Shown here one piece after another: positions 1 through 7,977 of a DNA stretch of 64,000 nt; positions within the stretch are counted from its first letter, which is position 1, and each line of letters begins with the position of its first letter. A program made the translations under genes and the position numbers. The notes beneath the pieces were generated by a model. That model was not told the origin of the DNA and searched no databases. It saw nothing but the letters and a program-made list of their open reading frames with translations. The stretch comes from Caldisericia bacterium (GTDB lineage Bacteria > Caldisericota > Caldisericia > JAAYUI01): positions 1,675,224-1,739,223 of the forward strand of contig JAXGMQ010000001.1 of NCBI GenBank assembly GCA_040768585.1, given 5' to 3'.

Positions 1-2
1 CA

Positions 3-1124
3 AGGACGGGTGACGTAGAGGAAGTTGTTTTTGAGTCGCTTGAGGTATTTGAGAAAGCCTTATACTCCAACAAAATTGTAGCAAATGATAGCTGTCTGTT
101 CCTGGTGAGTTCAAGAATTGACTATTCGAAGAAGGAAATCACAGACCAGGTAATTGTTATTGATAAATTCACCGACACCCTTGTTGGCACGCATTCCATG
201 ACTCAATCATTTCAAAATGGATTGAAGAAGGATATTGTTAAAACGACTGATTCACACTTAATTCTTGGTCGAGCAGGCAAGACAGCGGTTTATAACAGCA
301 CAAACTGCAAATTCAGTATGATTGATGGTTATCTCAAAGATATTTCAGGTGGAGTGGTTTGGTTTGCAAACGTGGATGGAATCTTGTCAAGTTATGACTT
401 GAAAACAGAAGAGACAACTACCTTTGGATTGAATGTCTCAAACGAAGAAACTCCAATCACTATCTCTGGCGATAGGGTGTATGTGGGTGGAAGAGTCTAC
501 AATCTTTCGGGTGATTATATCCAAAACACGGGCATCAAGGTCGGTGAATCCCAAGATTCCAGCCCAAGTGAAGACGAGTCCAGGTTTGAGATTTTAAACA
601 GCTACTTCGACACACCAACAAGAGCATATGTCAAACTCAAGGAATGTCCGACATTTTCAATCAGGCAAGTTGATACAACGATTGACTCGATTGAGTTTGA
701 GATAAAAAGAACTGATGATATTTTCACCCCGTTTAGTGGTTATGCGACCATTTTTGCTTGGAATATCGGAAGTCAGGAATCAGCAGTTCCAAATCCAATA
801 TCAAAGACTGTTGCTACTGTTGATTTGAACTCATTGCCACCTGGTGGGACACAAAGGATTTCATTTGATCTGACAAATATTGATTCTAACAAGGTAAATT
901 CCGAATCAACATACCTCAATCCTGAGGTCAAGTACGCAAACTCAGAAAACCCAACAGGTATCAAATACTTCGCCCTTGTGGTTCAGAGTGGCGGTCTCCT
1001 CGATGTCGCAAATTCCGAACTATCAGATATCGACGAGCTTAAACGACCACTCTTTGATGGAGAAATAATGAATCTTGATGAACAGAAGGCAATTGTGCTG
1101 ACCCTATGGCATATAGATGAATAA
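3..1124 (+). CDS. Secreted/surface protein, 5'-truncated at window edge (frame open to position 3). Its C-terminal ~140 aa are paralogous to the C-terminus of the next gene.
   Basis: ORF 105..1124 has no in-frame stop upstream to the window start. C-terminal motifs CPTFS...FEI...GLLDV...EQ.A.VL.LW are shared with ORF 1235..3676. Confidence 0.55.
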   Translation, partial: RTGDVEEVVFESLEVFEKALYSNKIVANDSCLFLVSSRIDYSKKEITDQVIVIDKFTDTLVGTHSMTQSFQNGLKKDIVKTTDSHLILGRAGKTAVYNSTNCKFSMIDGYLKDISGGVVWFANVDGILSSYDLKTEETTTFGLNVSNEETPITISGDRVYVGGRVYNLSGDYIQNTGIKVGESQDSSPSEDESRFEILNSYFDTPTRAYVKLKECPTFSIRQVDTTIDSIEFEIKRTDDIFTPFSGYATIFAWNIGSQESAVPNPISKTVATVDLNSLPPGGTQRISFDLTNIDSNKVNSESTYLNPEVKYANSENPTGIKYFALVVQSGGLLDVANSELSDIDELKRPLFDGEIMNLDEQKAIVLTLWHIDE

Positions 1125-1297
1125 AGGGGCATAAACAAATGAGCTCTAAGAAAAAAAGTACGTTTGAGGATATGCAAAGTGAGTAGTGAGAGTTTAGACA
1201 CTGATGTGAAAAAAACGCTGCTTAGGTATCTCGGTTGGGTTTCGTGGGGATATATTTTAAAGGTAAGGTGACAATGCATGGAAAATCTGGAGGAAGA

Positions 1298-3676
1298 ATG
1301 AGGTACACAAGAATTCTAGCTGTAGTTGTTATGCTGTCTTCAATACTGGTTGGAGGTAATGTAAATTCAGCATCAAGGGAGGTATCAAGTTATCCATACC
1401 TAAATGCTGGTATTGCAGGCGTTGGTTGCAGCAGCATTGATGAATTTACAAACGGAAAAATTCATATCGACGATTTTAATTCCCACAAAACATACGACAT
1501 AGGAACAAACAGTTTCTCAAAACTCGACCTGGGGAGTAGGAGAATCTACCAAGTCGAGGAAAACTGGTATGTCACGGAGTTGAGTCTGGGAGCTGATGCC
1601 CATAAATATACCATCTATCCAAACGGCTTGGAGTTTATCTCATCAAACAGTGACTTGTTATTTTTGAATGAAAACGGCGAAAACATACAATATGATAAAA
1701 ACACAGGCTCAATCTACAGACTCACGCCAGCTGGCACAATCCTCTGGTCTTTCGAGATTAAAATTGAAACGCTACTGCGAATCCACATATTTAGACTGAC
1801 TGATGACCTTTTTTGTGTCACCTCATATAAGCAAACACAGATTTATGACATAGAGGATGCAAAGCTTGTTGCAAGCTTGGATTTTATGATTTATAGGGAT
1901 GATAACCTATTATGCTATTCAAAGGATATCGCAATTCTATTTGGAAGTATCTACTCCCTACCAGATTTCAAGCTGATAACAACCATCGACGGTGGAAACT
2001 TGTATGAGATTTCAGATGATTCATTCTCAGTGGTGTTTAAAACTGATAATGCGATTGAGCTGAAGTATTTTGATTTTGAGGGCAAAGAAGTTGAGAAATT
2101 GAGCTATGAGATAGACAAAGAATCCAGAATATCACCGGTTGCAAGGATTGGGGAGCATCTTTGTCTTTGCCATGAGGTTGATGGATATTTTGAGATAATC
2201 AATATCAGAGAAGGTCAATCTGAGTTTGTGATGCCATATGAGTCAATTGATAAAAATCAGTTCAGAAGTGCTACAGTGGACAGCTGTTTCATCCTCTATC
2301 ACGGCAGAATCGCATATATCTTTAACACAAACTCAAAGAAAGTCACCGAGATAGAGATTCCGACATCGATGCAAATGATTGATGACATGACCTATTGGTA
2401 TTTTGGAGCGGATTCCATTTGCGTCGGGAAGCTCGATAATGGTTTTTCACGTGACATCCCTATTCCAGATATCAAAAACTGCAGTCGTGGATATATAGAC
2501 ATACAACGACAGGATAATGACATTATTGTTTTTCCAAAGAGTTCCGATGAGAAATTTTGCCCGATAATATACAAAGACAAAACCACAATCAAGATTCCAA
2601 GACCGGTTGATGGATTGATTATTCATAATGAAAATGGATTCACATTTTTTCGAAAGGATTACGAGGATGGCTCAGGGGATTTGTTGCTGTATCGCCTTGA
2701 TGGTGAAACCTGGAGTGAGATAGGTGTCTGGGAAAATGTTCAAAGAACAGGAATTACCTACAACGAGACACAACATATCTTCATCATTAGACTAGGAGAT
2801 ACTGTTGAATTCTATAATACAATCAATCAAGAGTTTATGTCCAGCTTGAAAATTGATTTTGAGCCATTTGAGAGCGAGATATGGTCTGTTGATGACCTCT
2901 TGTATTCACAGAAAAGAATTTTTGACAGGGATGGAAATGTTTTATACAGAGCTGATAAATTGGGGCTCCTTGGAAAGAATGATGATAAAGTGTATTTTCA
3001 GGACAAAGAAAATGTTGTTGTATTCTCTGGCAATAAACTCACAGAAGAGATTGATTTTGGAAACGACGACGTGGGGGCGATGTTTGGTGACAGCATCTAT
3101 ATTCCGCCGTTTTTGTATGATACAAGTGGAAACATAATCCAGAAGATAACCTATGGAAATGATGTCTATGCGCATTCATCCACAAACAAAGTAAGTCAAA
3201 TGGAAGATGGCAAAATCGCTCTGGTGCCTTGTAATTACCATTCGAACTTCCCCGTATCAATATACAAATCCTGCCCTACATTCTCTCTGAAGAAGGTCAT
3301 GTCAAAATCCACAGATGAGATAACGTTTGAGATTGAGTCAACTCGAACAAGCGGAGACATAGACCTGTTTCATGGTGTAACCTATCTTGTGCCTTGGAAG
3401 TCTTCTGATGAAACGACTCCAGTTTTTGCCCCGATAAAAGAAAAACATGTCATTGGTAGAATTTATGATGGGATGAGAGATTTTATAACGTTCAATGTAG
3501 ATAACTCATTTGAGGAAGTAGCTCTTCTAATCGAATCGAATGGGCTTCTCGATGTAGAGAAATCGGTATTAGAAAATAATGACGGTAACCGAATCAGTAT
3601 ATATGATGGTGTAGCAACATCGTTTGAGAGACAAGAAGCGCTGGTTTTATCACTGTGGAGTTTGAATGACCAATGA
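1298..3676 (+). CDS. Large secreted protein (signal peptide MRYTRILAVVVMLSSILVGG). Its C-terminal domain is paralogous to the previous gene.
   Basis: RBS tggaggaagaATG at 1298. Hydrophobic signal peptide. Conserved C-terminal block CPTFSLKKV...GLLDVEKS...ERQEALVLSLW. Confidence 0.65.
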   Translation: MRYTRILAVVVMLSSILVGGNVNSASREVSSYPYLNAGIAGVGCSSIDEFTNGKIHIDDFNSHKTYDIGTNSFSKLDLGSRRIYQVEENWYVTELSLGADAHKYTIYPNGLEFISSNSDLLFLNENGENIQYDKNTGSIYRLTPAGTILWSFEIKIETLLRIHIFRLTDDLFCVTSYKQTQIYDIEDAKLVASLDFMIYRDDNLLCYSKDIAILFGSIYSLPDFKLITTIDGGNLYEISDDSFSVVFKTDNAIELKYFDFEGKEVEKLSYEIDKESRISPVARIGEHLCLCHEVDGYFEIINIREGQSEFVMPYESIDKNQFRSATVDSCFILYHGRIAYIFNTNSKKVTEIEIPTSMQMIDDMTYWYFGADSICVGKLDNGFSRDIPIPDIKNCSRGYIDIQRQDNDIIVFPKSSDEKFCPIIYKDKTTIKIPRPVDGLIIHNENGFTFFRKDYEDGSGDLLLYRLDGETWSEIGVWENVQRTGITYNETQHIFIIRLGDTVEFYNTINQEFMSSLKIDFEPFESEIWSVDDLLYSQKRIFDRDGNVLYRADKLGLLGKNDDKVYFQDKENVVVFSGNKLTEEIDFGNDDVGAMFGDSIYIPPFLYDTSGNIIQKITYGNDVYAHSSTNKVSQMEDGKIALVPCNYHSNFPVSIYKSCPTFSLKKVMSKSTDEITFEIESTRTSGDIDLFHGVTYLVPWKSSDETTPVFAPIKEKHVIGRIYDGMRDFITFNVDNSFEEVALLIESNGLLDVEKSVLENNDGNRISIYDGVATSFERQEALVLSLWSLNDQ

Positions 3677-4317
3677 TCCTTTTGGGGTTATTTATCCGGC
3701 TTGAAGAGAATTGTTGTCTGAGACTCTTAATCCTTTGGGCAGATATTCTTCTCTCCCTACTCCCTTCACAAGAGAAAAGGGTTGGGATTGAAGGATGTTA
3801 AAGATCAGATGTGTATAAGTCTCAAAAAGAGTGAGCATTATCAACTCAGGGACAGGTAAATTTAGATGTAGGTGAAACGTTTAAGAAAGCGAGTTCGTAA
3901 GCAGATTAGTCCAAAGCAAAAGAAAAATGTAAAAAGCTCTAGAGTTTTGTGAGAGCATAAATCTGAGGTTAGCGAGATCATTATAAATTATGTATAACGG
4001 CATACACGCTCATCGTGACAAAAAGAGATCTGATATTTAATCCATAATTATCAACGAAATGTAATAGAAATATTTGTGAATAAAAGAATATACCTCGATT
4101 GGATGTATAACATAAAGATTAAAATAATAATATTGCAACATTATATATAGATAAAATCTATTTGACCTAAGAGCCATTATTGATAAACTTGAGGACAAAG
4201 AGAGTAGAATGATTGGAGTGTTTGCGAATTGCCGGAGCTTGAGCTGCCGGCACACGGTCGTTTCGAATGGTTACTTGTTTGAAAATGTGGTTTTCACGTA
4301 GAGAAAAGGAGACGAAA

Positions 4318-4578
4318 GTGACAAAAGTGACCGTGTCGATAAAGGGCGTCGAAAGAAGCAGATATGTCGAGTATGAACCTCCGATAATTAATGTGCGGGA
4401 TCTTGTGACTCTTGCCCGAGAGATAGTCCCGTATTTGTCTGAGCATTGCATCATCTTTGACTCGCACACAAGTGGAAATCTCTGCTATCTTGGTTACTAC
4501 GTTCCAGATTACTACAGACCAGTGGAGTACATGACGAAGTGTGGCAAGGTCGTAAAAGGTCAGTTCAAAGTCGACTGA
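4318..4578 (+). CDS. Small conserved protein (86 aa) of unknown family. Paralog of 5712..5972. Motif H-C...TSGNLCYLGY.
   Basis: GTG start preceded by AAGGAG at 4306-4311. Length and sequence are collinear with ORF 5712..5972. Confidence 0.55.
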   Translation: MTKVTVSIKGVERSRYVEYEPPIINVRDLVTLAREIVPYLSEHCIIFDSHTSGNLCYLGYYVPDYYRPVEYMTKCGKVVKGQFKVD

Positions 4579-4619
4579 TTATCCGAATTGCTTTCCCCTC
4601 GTGTGGTGCTTGGTTTTTC

Positions 4620-5384
4620 CTAGGTTCTTTGTTTCCTTCCCTTGTAAATCATGTCACCAAAAATAGACAACGCGGTGATACCAACGCAAACCCACGCGGT
4701 TACAACGATTAGTTGAATTTGTGAATTGGCAACAAGTATTCCGATAAGAGCCCAGATGATAACTAGCGGGTAGATTTTCTCGTCATTAACAAAAACCATG
4801 TAGAGACAGAGAAGAGTGGCAACAGAAATCATGATAGCAGTCCAGATGGATGGTGAAATTCCAAAGCCACCCCAGCCGTAGTATACAAGCGCGACTGATG
4901 CGTTGGCAATCAGAGCTACAGATATCCAACCAATATAGACGCTAAACGGGAGTTGAACAAATAGCCTATCAAAGGTGTTCATTCTCTGACAAATAGATTT
5001 AATGCGAACATATATGATGCCAAGAACCACGAGAAAACAAACCATCACAACAAGCGAGAGTAGAAACTGCTTGTAGTGCCAGCAGAACATCCAAGCGATG
5101 TTTATCAGATTGCTGACGGCAAACCAGTATCCAATCTTCTCTTGGAAATCTCTGTCTTTGTTTAGTGGCAGCAGCTGGTACACAACAAAACAGGCAAGCA
5201 GAAGATAAATAATACCCCATATCGAGAATGTGTATCCTGCTGGTGTAAATAGACTTTTTATCGTGTCTGAGATTTCTCCGGTTTTCAATCCATTGATTCC
5301 CACAGTTGATGCCAGCGCGTTGACAACCAGTACACCAACAAACGTCAGCGCTCCGATTATTCCAAGCCATAGACTCTTTCTCAT
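4620..5384 (-). CDS. Polytopic membrane protein, tentatively TspO/MBR-like (Trp-rich helices; motif LPFSVYIGWISVALIANASVAL).
   Basis: Multiple hydrophobic helices. Start moved to Met20 (MRKSLWLG), which has a GAGGGGG RBS. Resemblance to the TspO TM5 motif is by eye only. Confidence 0.5.
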   Translation of the reverse strand: MRKSLWLGIIGALTFVGVLVVNALASTVGINGLKTGEISDTIKSLFTPAGYTFSIWGIIYLLLACFVVYQLLPLNKDRDFQEKIGYWFAVSNLINIAWMFCWHYKQFLLSLVVMVCFLVVLGIIYVRIKSICQRMNTFDRLFVQLPFSVYIGWISVALIANASVALVYYGWGGFGISPSIWTAIMISVATLLCLYMVFVNDEKIYPLVIIWALIGILVANSQIQLIVVTAWVCVGITALSIFGDMIYKGRKQRT

Positions 5385-5711
5385 GCCATCCCCCTCTCTA
5401 CAACACATTTTACATATTTTGAGAATAGATATCAAATCCAATGTGTTTTAGAAGGGATATCTACCCGAAATTTGATAAAACCAAATCAGATAGTCCTAAA
5501 TAAATTTTGTGATTATTGCAGGCTTTGGTTATGCAGAGAGCTACAAACACGTAGGTTAAAATCTGATAAAAACTCAATAATCTAGGATTGAAGGGCATTT
5601 TGGTGATAATTCCTTCTGTTCAATTGACTAAACCGCATATACTACCAGCATTAGTTGATATAAAAATGAATCCTACCGTTTCTGCGTAATAGTTACCATG
5701 GAAGAGCTGTA

Positions 5712-5972
5712 ATGACCAGATTGACAGTTTCTATCGATGGTTTGTCTAAAAGCAAATACGTCAAGCATGAAGCGCCGATAGTTGGGGTGTGCGACCTTCT
5801 TGAATTGGCGAGGGAAATCAATCCTGCCATATCAAACCACTGTGATGTGGCAGATTCATATACCAGCGGTAATCTTTGTTATCTTGGCTATTTCATTCCG
5901 GGTGATTTCAGAAACATCGATTATTTGACTGTGCAGGGAAAAATTGTGAAAGGAAAATTCATGGTTTCATAG
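5712..5972 (+). CDS. Small conserved protein (86 aa). Paralog of 4318..4578.
   Basis: Shares VSI.G...S.YV..E.PI..V.DL..LAREI.P..S.HC...DS.TSGNLCYLGY...GK.VKG.F.V with the other copy. Confidence 0.6.
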   Translation: MTRLTVSIDGLSKSKYVKHEAPIVGVCDLLELAREINPAISNHCDVADSYTSGNLCYLGYFIPGDFRNIDYLTVQGKIVKGKFMVS

Positions 5973-6149
5973 TTAATTAAGGATTCCTGGATTCCTTTCT
6001 CGCCTGATTATAGTGCATATGGACTTTACAATGGGTATAGAATATCGTGTTGAGGTATCAATTTTAAAAAAGTTGCATCTTTTCTGTGATTTGTTTTCGC
6101 AGTAGCATAGTAGGGTTAAAGATGGTGCAAAAGAGAGAGTGGAGGATTT

Positions 6150-6923
6150 ATGAGGATATGTGTATGCGTTAAGCAGGTTCCAGACCCTGAAAAGTTCCCG
6201 ATTGGGAGATACACATCAGATGGTCGTCTGGCAAGGGATGGATTTCCAAAAGCAACAAATCCGTTGGACAAGCATGCTGCAGAATTAGCGTTGTCGCTTG
6301 CCCAACCACAAGATATCGAAGCAATCACAATGGGGCCGGAGTCAGCGAAGGAAGCCCTCAGGGATCTTCTGGCGATGGGAGTTGGTGGAGCATGTCACGT
6401 TCAAGACAATCTACTCACAGGCTCTGATCTTCTGACAACAGCAATGAGTTTGGCGGCAGCCATAAAAAAATGTGGAGATTTTGATCTCGTAATCTGCGGA
6501 GCGAAGTCAACTGACGCTGAACTTGGCGTATTGCCTGCAATGCTTGCTGAATTACTTGGTATCTCCTCGGTTTTGGGTGTCGAGAAGCTTGAAGCCTTGG
6601 AGGGAGAAGTACGTGCGAGTGTCCCATCAGACAAGGGTGTTGAGGTTTGGAAGGTAAAAACCCCTTGCCTGGTGTCTGTCACCAAGAACATCAACGTCCC
6701 AAGGCTGCCATCACTTCGTGGGATGACGAAAGCGATGCAAGTTGAAATTGTTGAATACAACTTCTCAGACCTTGAAATAGAGATGCCAGCAAACAGACCT
6801 AGATTCATGGAACACGTTGTTGCCGAATCCAAAGCGGAAGTGGAAATGATCGAAGGAGAAACCTCCGAAGAGATTGCAGGCAAGCTTTTCACTGCACTCA
6901 AGCTTAAGGGAGTGATTTCATGA
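6150..6923 (+). CDS. etfB: Electron transfer flavoprotein beta subunit.
   Basis: N-terminus MRICVCVKQVPD is typical of EtfB. Overlaps etfA by 4 nt. Confidence 0.85.
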   Translation: MRICVCVKQVPDPEKFPIGRYTSDGRLARDGFPKATNPLDKHAAELALSLAQPQDIEAITMGPESAKEALRDLLAMGVGGACHVQDNLLTGSDLLTTAMSLAAAIKKCGDFDLVICGAKSTDAELGVLPAMLAELLGISSVLGVEKLEALEGEVRASVPSDKGVEVWKVKTPCLVSVTKNINVPRLPSLRGMTKAMQVEIVEYNFSDLEIEMPANRPRFMEHVVAESKAEVEMIEGETSEEIAGKLFTALKLKGVIS

Positions 6924-7879
6924 AGCATTTCTGGGCAGTAGGTCAGATAGACAACAAAGCAATTACTAAAAATACGGCAGAGATTTTGGGCTGTCTCAAC
7001 AACCTTTCGAGTGAACAACTTGCCGAGGTGGCGATGGTTCTCGTTGGCTCAAACCTTCGAATCCAAGCCCCAGTGTTCGGTCGCATGGGTCAACCACTCA
7101 CCATTCTCATCGAGTCAGATGATCTGAAGATGAGAGAACCAACGCTTGTTGGGAGGGAGATTGCTGACCTCGCATACAAGAGAAGGCCGGAACTCGTCGT
7201 TTGCCCGCACAATGCGTGGGGCGCTGAGGTTGCGGCAAAGATAGCGGCCAGGAATGGCATGGCGCTTGTTACAGACGTCCATCACATCGAAGGCGCTGAG
7301 GATGGGCTCATTGTCGAGAGATACTCATTTGGCGGTCAGAGTAAGTCTCGAATCTTTATCTCATATGGCACAGTATTAACTCTTCATCCTGGGGCATTCT
7401 CTCCACCAAAACCCGCTGACATAACAACCACAGTTGAGATGCTTGAACCAGCAACAGGTATTGCTGAAATAATAAAGATTCTCGACCATATAGAGCCAGG
7501 TGACTCAGAGGGACCCTCGCTCACCGACTCAAAAATAATTGTCTCCTGTGGTCGAGGCATGGGTTGCAAAGAAAACCTCATCTATGGTCGCAAACTCGCT
7601 CAGAAGCTTGGTGCGGCGTTTGGCGCATCCAGAGCAGTTGTTGACGCTGGCTGGGTTGCTCCATCTCACCAGGTGGGTCTCACAGGTAAGGTTGTATCAC
7701 CCAGGCTCTATATTGCCTGCGGAATCAGCGGAGCTGACCAGCACCTTGCTGGTATGAGACAGTCCGACATCGTCGTTGCCATCAACAGAGACCCTGATGC
7801 CCCGATCTTCAAGGTTGCGACAGTTGGTATTGTAGGTGATTGTATGGAAGTGTTGCCTGCACTCATCGAATATTTATAG
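6920..7879 (+). CDS. etfA: Electron transfer flavoprotein alpha subunit.
   Basis: Position and size are right immediately after etfB. C-terminal FAD-binding region motifs (VSCGRGMG, YIACGISGA.QHLAGM). Confidence 0.85.
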   Translation: MKHFWAVGQIDNKAITKNTAEILGCLNNLSSEQLAEVAMVLVGSNLRIQAPVFGRMGQPLTILIESDDLKMREPTLVGREIADLAYKRRPELVVCPHNAWGAEVAAKIAARNGMALVTDVHHIEGAEDGLIVERYSFGGQSKSRIFISYGTVLTLHPGAFSPPKPADITTTVEMLEPATGIAEIIKILDHIEPGDSEGPSLTDSKIIVSCGRGMGCKENLIYGRKLAQKLGAAFGASRAVVDAGWVAPSHQVGLTGKVVSPRLYIACGISGADQHLAGMRQSDIVVAINRDPDAPIFKVATVGIVGDCMEVLPALIEYL

Positions 7880-7910
7880 AAACTGACAAACCACAAATTG
7901 GTTAGATACA

Positions 7911-7939
7911 GCCCGGCGGCGTCCGCCGGGCTTTTTTAA
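7911..7939 (+). terminator. Rho-independent terminator after etfA.
   Basis: Hairpin GCCCGGCGGC-GTCCGCCGGGC followed by TTTTTTA. Confidence 0.7.
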
Positions 7940-7977
7940 TTCTTGCGGATACACAATTGACAAATAGAATGTTTGGC

